A stretch of 62,114 bases of DNA, filler included, from Diploschistes diacapsis (lineage: Eukaryota): assembly GCA_023645945.1 (NCBI GenBank). It is 11 parts of 11 records of this genome, joined end to end, with 100 filler letters (N's around TTAATTAATTAA, not from the genome) between each part and the next. Parts side by side here need not be neighbours in the genome. Positions count along the whole stretch, not along the records: positions 22,686 to 28,246 come from JALAIB010001525.1; positions 28,347 to 33,905 come from JALAIB010001526.1; 9 more parts are not named here. One strand, written 5' to 3'. The position numbers and the translations under genes are program-made. The notes beneath the pieces were generated by a model. The model searched no databases. It was not told the origin of the DNA and was given only the letters and a program-made list of their open reading frames with translations. Below, piece after piece: positions 23,084 through 34,005 of this stretch (position 1 is the first letter of the stretch; every line of letters begins with the position of its first letter).

Positions 23084-25621
23084 TCACACCAACCCATACC
23101 CCGTCCTCACGCACGAAGCATGATCCAGATCCTTCCCCTTCACGACCTCCCTCTCGCACACCCCGATCCACTTCTCTCGGCTCGCGCCACCCTCCGCCGC
23201 GACGATATCCAGCACGCGCCGCAGCCTGGTCGGGAGGGCGTCGTCCCATGTGGCGCCTGCGAGCGGGAGAGCGTGCGGATCCTGGTGGTGGGCTGTGTCT
23301 GGCTGGGCGGTGCCATTACCGTTTACCTCTACTTTTCCATTCCCTGTCTCCTTCCCATACTTCTTCTTCTCCCCATCCCGCCCCGCCTCCTCCTCTCCCA
23401 CCACCTTCCCCTTCGCGAACCTCCCAACAATCCCGTAGTTCCTCGTGCTCGGGATGCGCAGGAACTCGCGCTCGACCAGATAGCCGCTGCGGTCGGCCAG
23501 GTGCACGACCCAGCTGCACAGGGACTGGTAGGCCGAGGGCTGCTTTGCGTTGGCGCGGGCGCGGGGGGAGAGGCTGCGGAGGTCGCCTGTTTCTGCTGCT
23601 TGTTGGGTTGGTGAGGATGAAGGGTAGGTGGCGATACGATTCGTGAGGGATGAGAGCGTGTGGGCGTTGGGGGTGGTGCCGTAGCCATTTGGTTGGTGGC
23701 GTGTGGTAGGAGTGGGAGATGAAGAAGGAGGAGAAGAAGAAGAAGAAGAAGAAGAAGAAGAAGAAGAGGGAGGAAGGGAAAGAGACAGCGCGTTGACGAA
23801 GTTATATCTTCTCCGGCCACCATCCGGTAGATGACCAGAACCAGCAGCGGCTTCGTCGCGAGGCACAGCCGGAAGCTCGTCTGGATCCTCCGCCTCATCC
23901 TCCCTCGCCACCTCGCCAACACCCACCCGCACCGGTCCCGGTATCGCCACGTGTCTTGCCTTAGTCCCCAATCCGCCTGGCTTCTGAGCGGCGAAATAAC
24001 CCGGCGCCCCGCCGTCGGCCGAGAAGCCGTTCACGTAGCTGGGGGCGCGGAAGCGCTCGCCAGAGAGATTGCGCGAGCAGCAGGGGACGATGAAGAAGGC
24101 GGAGTGCGTGAGGGATGCGAGCAGGGGTGTCCAGGCTGTTAGTTCGTCGGCGTGGTTGGAAATTATGAATTGACCCTCAGTGATGGTAATGGAGGGAGGA
24201 GATGGGCTAGAGGCGGGGTCGGGGGAAGGGAGAAGGGAAGGGAAGAGGCCATTCTGGGTTCTGGAGAGGTCGGTAGGGGTAGGGGTTATGGTGGCGGTGG
24301 ACGCGGCGGCGGTGGGCTTGGTGGTTAGCCAGGATTTGAGTGTCTTCAGAGGTGTCAGAGAACCCTTGATTTGGGCTACAGAGTCCCTGTGCGTGCCAGC
24401 TGGGAGAGCCCGGGCCTGTTCCGGAACAGAGTCGTACGCTTCCTTCAATACTGCTTCTGCTCTCAGCTGCGGATTCGCAATAAACTCCAGCGGTGCTGGC
24501 ACCACAATCCCACGCACAAGCACTTTCTGTGTCTCCGGCATAAGCGTCGCCCACGTTTTCCTCCTGTGTCCCTCGATGCCCCAGCCGCTGTACCCGGCGC
24601 ATAGTAGCAGTTCAACAAGTACTCCGTTTCCGCACCCTACGTCGACGAATCCGGGAAATGGTGGCTTTTCGCTCGCTGTTCGCTCTCCGGCGCTATCAGA
24701 ATTACCCGCAGGAGCATACATATCCCGCCAAAGCTCGATCAAGAACGCCGCTATGCCGATTTGCTCAAAGACCTGCTTCTTGGGCTCTGTACTCTCCACC
24801 CAATTCTGCATAAGTCGGTGAGCGTGCTGCCGCTTGAGAGCGGCAAAGGTGTCCTGCACCCGCTTCTGGGCCAGAATCTGGTCGTGGTGCACCCGCTTCT
24901 TGTAGCCTTCCAGGTTGCCTTGGCCATGCTTGCAGAGGGTCCCGAGCAGATTGCGAGCGATTCTGATTTGCCGATCTGTCAGAACCTGCTCCTGGTCATT
25001 GTAGAGTTGGTAGTGGATTGAGACAGTCCTTTTCGAGCTGGTCTTGTCCTCAAAGTAAAGGTAGGCGATTCCTCGCACGGTAGGATGGTAAAATGGCATG
25101 CGCTCAGCACTGGCAACGTGCGGTAACATGACCACCAGGCTTTCCTCGGATTCGGGGTGACTGAAGCCGTCGTAGTAGAGCACGCTCTGGATTATAGGTC
25201 GGTCGAGGGAGTCGTTTCTGGGGATGAATTTCCGGCACAGAGTCCTGACATGCTGAAAAGCAGGAAGCCCTTTGGGTATGCCCGGTCGGTCTTCGTTGAT
25301 CATATCTATCCTACCATACGTGACATCCTCTAGCTCCAGACCTTGGCTGTCATGAACGATATCGGCCCGAAAGAGGAGAGATGAGTTGATGTTTGGGTTT
25401 CGCACGAGGTAGTGCAGGACGGTGAAGAACCCTTTACTGTCGAAATCGCAGCCATGCTCGAAGACTGGTATCCAGTCCGGGCCCAGTAACTTGGAGTGGT
25501 GGGAAGCTTCACAGTCGTCGTTTGACAGTGTGTAAAGTTCGCGAGGATTGAAGCGTGGTGTAGTAGACGCAGGTGGACTCGGCAGCGAGCCAATACCGTT
25601 AGCAACATGGTCCCCTGGCAT
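23084..25621 (-). CDS. TRM44: tRNA (uracil-O2'-)-methyltransferase Trm44
   Basis: GYKKRVHHDQI, IAAFLIELWRDMY, SAM motif FPGFVDVGCGNGVLV, FIISNHADELTAW, PCCS, LRIPSTRN; first ATG at 25621. Confidence 0.92.
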   Translation of the reverse strand: MPGDHVANGIGSLPSPPASTTPRFNPRELYTLSNDDCEASHHSKLLGPDWIPVFEHGCDFDSKGFFTVLHYLVRNPNINSSLLFRADIVHDSQGLELEDVTYGRIDMINEDRPGIPKGLPAFQHVRTLCRKFIPRNDSLDRPIIQSVLYYDGFSHPESEESLVVMLPHVASAERMPFYHPTVRGIAYLYFEDKTSSKRTVSIHYQLYNDQEQVLTDRQIRIARNLLGTLCKHGQGNLEGYKKRVHHDQILAQKRVQDTFAALKRQHAHRLMQNWVESTEPKKQVFEQIGIAAFLIELWRDMYAPAGNSDSAGERTASEKPPFPGFVDVGCGNGVLVELLLCAGYSGWGIEGHRRKTWATLMPETQKVLVRGIVVPAPLEFIANPQLRAEAVLKEAYDSVPEQARALPAGTHRDSVAQIKGSLTPLKTLKSWLTTKPTAAASTATITPTPTDLSRTQNGLFPSLLPSPDPASSPSPPSITITEGQFIISNHADELTAWTPLLASLTHSAFFIVPCCSRNLSGERFRAPSYVNGFSADGGAPGYFAAQKPGGLGTKARHVAIPGPVRVGVGEVAREDEAEDPDELPAVPRDEAAAGSGHLPDGGRRRYNFVNALSLSLPPSSSSSSSSSSSSPPSSSPTPTTRHQPNGYGTTPNAHTLSSLTNRIATYPSSSPTQQAAETGDLRSLSPRARANAKQPSAYQSLCSWVVHLADRSGYLVEREFLRIPSTRNYGIVGRFAKGKVVGEEEAGRDGEKKKYGKETGNGKVEVNGNGTAQPDTAHHQDPHALPLAGATWDDALPTRLRRVLDIVAAEGGASREKWIGVCEREVVKGKDLDHASCVRTGYGLV
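23721..23768. repeat. (GAA/TCT)n microsatellite encoding poly-Ser in TRM44
   Basis: Run of GAA triplets on the + strand. Confidence 0.9.
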
Positions 25622-26862
25622 TGTGGCCACAGTGCTTGCCAATAGATCAAATATCAATTGTCATCTTACAGTAGCCGTATGGGAAGGCGCTTGCTCTCAT
25701 CAGCGATACTAGGCATTGAATATAGCACATCTTCTATGGCCTCAAGAGTAAGTTGATACACGGTGACTTCAGGCGACATCGAAGCGCCCAGCACAAACCC
25801 AAGTTAACCTGATCACCCATCGATCGATCCCTTAAACCAAGGCTTCAAGGACGGCACTGGCGTATCCTCGGCGTTAAAGCTTATGGGATTACCTCGGAGC
25901 TCAGGAACCGGATCAATCTCCAAGTCGGCAAGAACACACCGTGTCAGAACCCAGGACACACGAAGAAGAGGTTTTCAGAAAATGACTGCTACGTCGCCGA
26001 TGGCCCCCCCCCCCCCTTTTTTTTTTGGAATAGCCGCTACAATAACTATTGGATCAACATTGCGGCGGAGATATTCAGCATTGCAAACGACGACGACAAC
26101 AACGACGACTGCATAGCAGAATCGGACGAGATTCGGTCCGGCGGAAGACTTCGGCTCGGGGTAAATCCTGACAAACATAAAATTACCGATTGCAGATATT
26201 GCAACCTAAGAAAAATAAGAAACCGGCTCCTTACCTTTCCTACTTCCCACTTCTAGCCCCGTCCGTCCCTCGATCACGTAAAACCTTCAATTGATCGTGC
26301 TCATATCTAGTCTTAAGCCCCAAGACTCCCTTTACGTACTTGACCTTGGGTTTAGGGCTCGCAGCGTCGTTATTTTATAGGCAGCTATTTGAGCCCATGC
26401 CCCCTTGAGCCTACCTATCCATGACGTCCTGGACCCTGTAGTCTTTGCACAGCCGATTCAAAGCAAAGCCGCACATCCCAAATCAGAAGTACGGAGGTAG
26501 AGCATATCGTTTTACGTAATCTTCATATTCCTCTCCCCCCTTTGGCCAGTGGATGGATAGATGCCATCCATATTAGCTGCTTTCACATGAAGCGTAATCC
26601 ACTCTCCATTTCTCTATCGCTAAAAGCACACTCTGCTCTGCAATCCCCCCCCATCATGCCACGTAGCGAAGGGTCGAACAGCTACCCCAGCAAGATTTGC
26701 AAAAAGCACTTATGAGCCAGTCCCGCTTCTGAGCGAACGCAAAGCTCCGATATCCTCTCCCTTACCCCAAACATAACCACCCCATCCTCCCAAAAAAAGA
26801 GAAACAGAGATCTAAGCCCCCAACGCCCAAGCCCAATCCCAAGCCCACCCAGAAACCCAGAA

Positions 26863-28152
26863 TCAAAACCTATTCCCCTTTGGAATCGCACAAGACACGC
26901 CCACCACGATGGCCGTCACGATGGCCGCAAGCAGCAAGCTCTGCAGGAAAATGGTATCCTGAATCTGGCGCAGGGCGGGCTCCCGCACCCAGACCTCGCG
27001 GTCGAACACCTTTCTTATAACATTGCGCTTCTGGTACCGCAGCACCCACGGCTGGTCCCCGTAGCTGTTTGCGCTGTCGAAGGAGTCCATGGAGCCGCTC
27101 TTTCCGAGCTCGTAAATCGAAGAAGCCTCGTCCTCGTCGACGAAGAGTTCCCAGGGCCGGAGGTGGCGGTGGTGGAAGCCGTGGAGGACCTGTGTTGGTT
27201 TCGATGTTAGGGGGTGGTGGTGGTGGTGGTGGTGTTGGTAGTCATGACTTACCACGCACATGCCCTTCCAGGCGGCGAACATGGTTGAGATGCCGAGGAG
27301 GATGGGGAGACCGCCGAGGACGCGCCAGGCGCGGCCGGCGCGGCTGGCGGTGAGGAGGGAAACGATGGCTAGGCCGATGGCGGCTAGGGAGATGCCGAGG
27401 CCGCGGGCGAAGATCCATCTGGGCTTGTTGCCGTTGCATATCGTCCATCTGATGAAGTTTGGATGCGCTTGATGCCTTAGGGTCCATTCGATCGTGCGAA
27501 GAACCGATTGGAAGGCGGACGGATGGGTGGTTGCGGCCAGATTCCGCAAACAAGCCGTTCGTTCTTTGGAGGACAGGTTGAGCTGGCGTGGAGCACCGTC
27601 CGCTACGTAGGTGCCGATGATCCTTGTAATCTCCTCGCGAAACGGCTGGACGGTGACTGCACCTGTCAGTTTGGTAACGGAGGGGGAACAGTAAAGTTGT
27701 CTCTTCTCACACGGCTGGGCTCTGACATCCGCTGACTCGTAAGCGGTTGCAGCAAGAGTGCGATAGTCCGTCCTCTTGGAGCTCTTCAAAGTAGACACAT
27801 CGTCGTCCCAGGGTGACCTTGTGCTTGCACTGTCGAGCATCTCGACCGTCTCGAAGGTATTAGCGGATTTCTCCGCCTGCGTGCCAGGGGTAGCAAAGTC
27901 CGTTCCAGCAAGAATCGTTGCAACCGTTGCAACCTCACGGGTCACCACCCTCGGCATTTTGGGGCTCTTTGGGGAGGCTATGCCATCTGGGTCCTGTTTC
28001 TCGCAGTCGGCGGGAGGTGCCAGTGACTTTTCATGGTCGGGCGAGCCATTGAATCGCTTGGCGTAGTCCCGGAACCACATGTAGAATTGCAAATTCTCAG
28101 CCGCGAATTCGATGTACAATAAATAATTCATAAAATCGCGGAGAGTACACGG
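26863..28152 (-). CDS. Fungal RGS-domain protein with C-terminal transmembrane helices; 5' exon(s) uncertain or off-contig; two in-frame introns inside the listed ORF
   Basis: PCTLRDFMNYLLYIEFAAENLQFYMW, QPFREEITRIIGTYVADGAPRQLNLS, HPNFIRW, three hydrophobic stretches; GTGAGA..CAG and GTAAGT..CAG introns are read through in the ORF track. Confidence 0.83.
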   Translation of the reverse strand, partial: PCTLRDFMNYLLYIEFAAENLQFYMWFRDYAKRFNGSPDHEKSLAPPADCEKQDPDGIASPKSPKMPRVVTREVATVATILAGTDFATPGTQAEKSANTFETVEMLDSASTRSPWDDDVSTLKSSKRTDYRTLAATAYESADVRAQPCEKRQLYCSPSVTKLTGAVTVQPFREEITRIIGTYVADGAPRQLNLSSKERTACLRNLAATTHPSAFQSVLRTIEWTLRHQAHPNFIRWTICNGNKPRWIFARGLGISLAAIGLAIVSLLTASRAGRAWRVLGGLPILLGISTMFAAWKGMCVVSHDYQHHHHHHHPLTSKPTQVLHGFHHRHLRPWELFVDEDEASSIYELGKSGSMDSFDSANSYGDQPWVLRYQKRNVIRKVFDREVWVREPALRQIQDTIFLQSLLLAAIVTAIVVGVSCAIPKGNRF

Positions 28153-29194
28153 CTAGAGAGTATCAGCAGCGGTTAGGGTTGATGGAAGACAAGTATGAGG
28201 GTGGCACATAGATTACCTGTAGTGCTGCTCTCATCCCATCTAATTGNNNNNNNNNNNNNNNNNNNNNNNNNNNNNNNNNNNNNNNNNNNNTTAATTAATT
28301 AANNNNNNNNNNNNNNNNNNNNNNNNNNNNNNNNNNNNNNNNNNNNGATGGAAGGATGAGTGAGGAAGAGGGGAAGAAGGAGGGGGAAGGGGTGTGATTG
28401 TGAGTGTGGCAAGGGATGGAATGGCAGGAGGGGGAAATGTAGCGAGAGAAGTAGAAGTACGTACGATCCTGGTGTACTTCGTAGGAGCGAAGAAGCTAGA
28501 TGATTTTGTCGACGGGGGATGTAAGGGAGGGATCATTTTTTTAACAATCAGTCTTTACGCTACTTACTGTACTCGCGATATTTGCGTTGGGTCTTAAAAC
28601 TTCCCAGAATTTTTTAACTCCATTACCATACTCTAGAAAGACGTTGCAGAGTTCCAGCTTTGTTCCCTCTGTAGCTTTAAACGTGGTAGTTTGTTTTCGA
28701 AACATTTATCAGAATGGTACTACAGATAGTAAAATCCTTTAATGTATCCCTCCAGTACGTTTGCGAGAAGCCGATTTTGCTGAACTCTTCCGTGGAGAAC
28801 TTCGCCAAGCATGTGGCATCGGGTACTCGTAGCTACAGTGCAGAAAGGGGCGTAGGTGTGTGATCGTTCGATCTACCTCTAATGGGTGGTACTGAATAGA
28901 TTATGCCTTTGGTTAGCGCTTTGTTAGAGGTAGAAAGCACCCAAATGTCCAGCCTATATACTGGGAACGCTGGTATATCGTTGGCTGTAAATGCACACAT
29001 GCCAAGTTTCCGAAGCACAATGAGACGCCTTGTATCTTTAAGAAATAGTGGTTTATTTCTAACACTAAGCTGGTCCCTACTACTAAGACATGAACGAAAT
29101 AATAACCCCAACAAGTTGCCATCGCGAAAGTATACAGATGAGTCTATATAAGTATGCTAACCTCCGACGAGATAGTATCAAATCGATCCAACGC

Positions 29195-31233
29195 TCAGCA
29201 GGCTCCAGAAATATCGCATGCGATCTTTTCTGCGAGTGCGTCTACGAATCAAGCGTTAGCTTCAAATGGAATGGAATGGCAGCATCGTAGTACAGAGCAA
29301 GCGATAACACATAGATAAACAAAGACAATCAGACAAGAAAGATGGAGTGCAAAGCGTGAGAGAAGTATAAAAAAAAAAGAAGGGCATGCCAACTTACAAA
29401 CAGTAGACTGCGGATGCCCAGGCGGCAAGAACGGGAACGCCGCCGCATCGACAACCCTCAGTCCCTCCACGCCGAAAACGCGCGCCCGATTATCCACAAC
29501 AGCCATAGTATCATTCGCACAACCCATAGCACACGTAGCTGCCGCATGATAGACAGTATTGAAGCTCTTGCGGATGATATTCGCAATCTGCTCGTCCGTC
29601 TGGACCTGGGAGCCCGGGTAGATCTCTTCCCCGATGGTAAAGTTCCGCATGGCCGACGTTTGCCAGAACTGACGCAGACGCTTGTAGGCTGCGACGGCGA
29701 CCTCGATGTCGGCTTGTACGGTTAGCCAGTTGGGGTTTATGGCTGGCGGCACCGCGGCGTCGGGCGAAGTGATGGTCAGATTGCCACGCGATTGAGGCGC
29801 GCACAGAGCGAACGCCATCGAGGCGTAGTTGAAGCCGTCGTTTGGGTCGGAGGGGTAAAATTGCTCGCCGAGATAGACGCCTAGTGCGAGATATTCCAGT
29901 TCGGGCCAGTCGGCTGGGTATGTCGCTAGCGCGGTCTGCGTTGCGTTTGAGAGGGTTGAGCGTAGCGGTTGAGGGACTTTTTCCCATGCTAGGAGGTCGG
30001 TGACAGGGTTGGTGTATATTCCGGCCGCCCTTTCTACGTAGTCTTGAGCTGCTTGGGCCGCAAATGCGGGATCTTGTAGTGATGGAAGTGTAGCCCCGTT
30101 GACACGATATGATGGGCCAGCATAGATATGGTCTTGCATGTTTTGTCCAACCCCAGGCTTGTCTGTAATGACCTGAATACCGAGATTGTTCAACGTCGCA
30201 GCTGGGCCGATCCCGGAGACCATCAAAAGCTGTGGAGAGCCGAAGACACCAGCAGAAAGAATCACTTCTTTTCTAGCCGACAGCATATACTGGGTGCCCT
30301 CAGTGTCCAAGAGTACCCCCATGGCGGTTTTTTTCTGGTCAAACAAGATCTTCTTTGCCATCGTTGCCTGATGGACTTTGTAATTGGGGTAAGAAGAGAT
30401 TGCCCGGCGAAGGTACGACGTTTCGGAGGAGTCTCTGTGCATAGTGGTTGCATTGATGGTAAACATGCAGTAAGATTGGCCTAATAATTTACCGCTCTGG
30501 AAGCCTTTCACAATAGGAAGACCTAAAGCCTGTAGTCCGATTGACGCCCATGTTGCCCATGATTGAGCATAATGTGAGAATGTAACGGACAAGGGCCCAG
30601 TGCCGTTACATTCTGGCCCCGTAAGTCGTTGTCTGGCGGGGTGAAGGTGATGGGCTTCTCAAAGAACGGGAGGAATTCATGGAACGAATAGCTTTGGTCG
30701 CCCACCGCGTCCGCCCATCTCTGGTATGCCCCTTTCGTACCTCGTTGATAGGCCATGTAGTTTCTTGCTGAGCTACCACCCAGAGTCTTGCCTCGTGGAT
30801 AGTGAATTCTTTCATTGAAAGCACCCTATTTGCTAATGAGTTTCAATAGTTTTCCAAAACAATTGCTACTTACAGTCTGCGGGGTTGTGATGTAGACCCA
30901 GTCAATCAAGGGCTGCCAGTTGGTAATACCCTTTCCAGCGTATGTGCCATCATACGCAGGAACTTGACTGATATTGCCATTGTCGATTTCATAGAAGCCG
31001 CCAGCCTCAATAACAGCTACCGTCCCTTGCTGCTGTTCTGAAAGTCGCGTTGCAAGTGTCAAACCTGCTGTTCCTCCTCCGACTATTACGTAGTCAAATG
31101 TTGCATTGGTACCAGCGATTCCAAAATTGGACCCTAAGAAATCACGTGCCTGTATACGTGAAGTAGCAATTGTGGTTTGCAGATTGAAGCTGAACGCAAA
31201 AATTGTGCTGAAATTCTTGAATGCTTGAGCCAT
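29195..31233 (-). pseudogene. GMC oxidoreductase (AA3, PatE/versicolorin B synthase-like) with a frameshift near 30605
   Basis: [82 protein letters not shown]; frame changes between ...RGQNV and GTGPLSVTFSHYAQ. Confidence 0.8.
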
Positions 31234-32617
31234 TTGTATTAGAATACTCTGGTATTATCGCGAAGGCAAGAAGCAATGTGCGAAAGATTGCAAAATGAAG
31301 TCCAATACCAACAGCGCTCAAAGGATGGCGATGAGGGTTTCGCTTTCGATAATGCTCGATCGGGGAAGGCACTTGCCGGCTTCATATACCATCCTGTAAT
31401 ACAACAGAACTGCGTCGTCGGATACCTGCCGCTCCAGTGACCTGCCGTTTCAGTCATTGCGGCTCTAGGTAGTTACTATCAAAGTCCAGCCCCCTCCTAA
31501 AAGCCCACGAGATGTGAAGAAATCTCATTTCGCCGCCACTGAGGCCTAGTCAACAACCTGTTTCTGGCAGTTTTCCCCCTCAATCACTAGCATGTAAGAC
31601 GAATAGTCATGGGACTAGCAGGTACTGCGCCGCAGGAGCTCTCGGAGAGGCTAAGTCCTTAGAAGTTTGCCTCTTACTATAATAAAACCTTGACAAAGTA
31701 TTGTTCTAGTAATTTTTCTTGAGTGGGCTTTGCCGTCTCTACCACTTGCGATTGCCGGAACTCAGTGCTCACTCCTATTGGTTTCAAGTAGCTTATCTCG
31801 TGGCTTTGGTCCTGGCGGAAAGAGTGTTGCATCTGGTCCCGACGACGAGTAGTTGGTGCCTAAAGAGGAGGGTGTAATCTGAGACATAATCATGGAGAGG
31901 CTGACGTCTCTCGCGCAAGAGAAGCAAAGGCACAGGTGGAGTGGCGTGAGCGGGATATAGGGTTAGAATTTGAACTTTTGTCCTAAATCGCGAGGAATGA
32001 TACACTGGTCTTTTCCAGATATAAGGATGCAAATGTTTTGCATGAACAGCCATGAGGCTGCTTTTGACCCCAGGTTATATGCATTCGATCAAGTCAAGAC
32101 AGGTTTCTTTTCTCGGCATGCCGTCTTGCAGATGCTCCAGGCATTGCAAGCGATGGCTAACCTCCCCTTGATAGTGCATGGCGTCTCCAGAGGGCTATGC
32201 GGATTAGATTCCGCGTCATGATATGAAGCTGGCAAGCGTAGACAAGTTGGGCTAAGAGGCTCTAGTGCAAGCTTACTGGACTGAACGCAAGGCAGAGGAG
32301 CGCTGCAAGTCAACGATAAGGAAACGAAAGGATGTCGGATTTCCGATGTAGTAATGAGACGGGTGGAGTGAGAAGGAAATTCGGAGTCAACGGAGATGGG
32401 AGCTAGAGTGACAGTACATGTCTTACTCACCGTTCACTTTTTTGCTGAAACAAGAGGATGGAGTGGCGGTAGTGTCATTAGGGATCAGTACTTGTGTACG
32501 GTTGGTTTCTTCCGAAGTGGGAGTTTTACAGCCAAAACAATTGTGTATCAAAACATTAGGGTAATTCTGCTTCAGCTGATAAATCAATTCATTATTTATT
32601 ATTCATGATCCTTCGTT

Positions 32618-32694
32618 GGTGGCATGATCGAATGATAAAGACGACTGCTAGCAGACCATTCCGAAGGTCGTGGGTTTAATTCCTATTGCTATCA
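32618..32694 (+). pseudogene. Degenerate tRNA-like sequence (tRNA pseudogene or SINE head)
   Basis: Acceptor-like GGTGGCA/TGCTATC+A, A-box-like TGATCGAATGA, T-arm GTGGG-TTTAATT-CCTAT; departures from consensus are mostly transitions; no clean anticodon arm. Confidence 0.55.
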
Positions 32695-32843
32695 TCACTC
32701 CTAACTTTCTTCACTCCAGGCTCAGGAACCTGGCTTAATCTTAAAGCGATTAGATACTTTCGACGCAGCGGTTGACAGTCCGCTTGGATAATATATTCAA
32801 TTTGGGGTAGCAGGTCGACAAAAATACGTGACAATAGGGTATA

Positions 32844-33025
32844 CAGGTAATCACTAGAGTCGTGACCCTAGTACCCGAGCAGACCCTAGTTACCGAGCAC
32901 GTGATACAATAACAAAATTACAATAATAAATATTTAAAATAAAATATTTCTGAAAGTAATTAATTTAAAGCCCTATAAATCGAATAATAATTATATTTAA
33001 CCCTATAAATTCATCTAATTATCTT
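32844..33025 (+). mobile_element. Possible pogo/Fot1-type DNA transposon end followed by AT-rich relic
   Basis: TA|CAGGTAATCAC followed by two 17-bp direct repeats GACCCTAGTWMCCGAGC (32864-32880, 32882-32898). Confidence 0.4.
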
Positions 33026-33158
33026 TAATCGCCAACGTCGACGACGTTAACGCCAGAAAATCTCCTTGAGATAACCAGCCTTCCTTTTGGGATCATCTTT
33101 TTATTCTTATATATCCTAATAACCTGAAGTACTACCAGGCTTTCCTTTTTAGCCTGCT

Positions 33159-33360
33159 TGTTATGATCTCTACCTCTACAAGGTAGACACGAGGTATTGA
33201 TCAAGGTAGGTTTGGTCTCGTATAGAAGAGGAATATAAACAGGAAAAAAAGGTAAAATAGTCATAAATCTAGAACTAATCTTTAGAAAAAAGTTTTAATA
33301 AAAAAAGATAACGAATGTAAATTAATCCCGAGCTTTAACTAAGAATATTTATAAAAATAA
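33159..33360 (-). mobile_element. Partial second copy (3' ~200 bp) of the 437-bp LTR, with many transition mutations
   Basis: TGTTATGATCTCTACCTCTACAAGGTAGACACGAGGT... aligns by eye with the reverse complement of ~22125-22326. Confidence 0.88.
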
Positions 33361-33590
33361 TTATATTAGAATATAAAAGTTCTGATAAGAAATTTATATA
33401 ATAACCTTCGATAAAGTATCAGTATCTATTTCTTTGATTTTTAAAAAATGAAGGGAGCGGTGGCGATAATTTCTATGAAGTCAAAAAAGCGCTGTTTATT
33501 ATTCTTAAGAAGCATATAAAGCGGCGTCGCTCGTTTTAATAATTCACGTGATTAATGTTTACGCGAGGTTTATAAATAACTGGTTAGGAC

Positions 33591-33905
33591 TAGGCTGGCC
33601 GTTTCGTGCCACGGTCACTGACACGGATACTATAGCAAAAAATTTCAAAACACGGATACTGACTAGGCTGGCCGTTTCGTGCCACGGACACTTCCACGGA
33701 CACTATCGAGAAAATTTTTAAAACACGACACTGCCACGGACACTACCGTTAAAATTTTAAAACACGAATACTTCTACGGATATTACATTATAATAAAAGC
33801 ACGGACACGGATACTACGGCTAAAAAATTTAAAACACGGATATTTCCACGGACACGACCGCTAAAAATTTTAAAACACGATATTACCACGGATACTATAT
33901 TATAA
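33591..33905 (+). mobile_element. Two nested ends of a hAT-like DNA transposon (TIR TAGGCTGGCCGTTTCGTGCCACGG at 33591 and 33664) with ACACGG subterminal repeats
   Basis: Identical 24-bp termini followed by different CACGG-rich subterminal arrays; 33591-33663 matches the reverse complement of 40800-40872. Confidence 0.75.
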
Positions 33906-34005
33906 NNNNNNNNNNNNNNNNNNNNNNNNNNNNNNNNNNNNNNNNNNNNTTAATTAATTAANNNNNNNNNNNNNNNNNNNNNNNNNNNNNNNNNNNNNNN
34001 NNNNN

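Noticed and set aside
31793..32430. Short minus-strand ORFs upstream of the GMC gene
   Set aside because: No family recognised and no coherent exon chain found.
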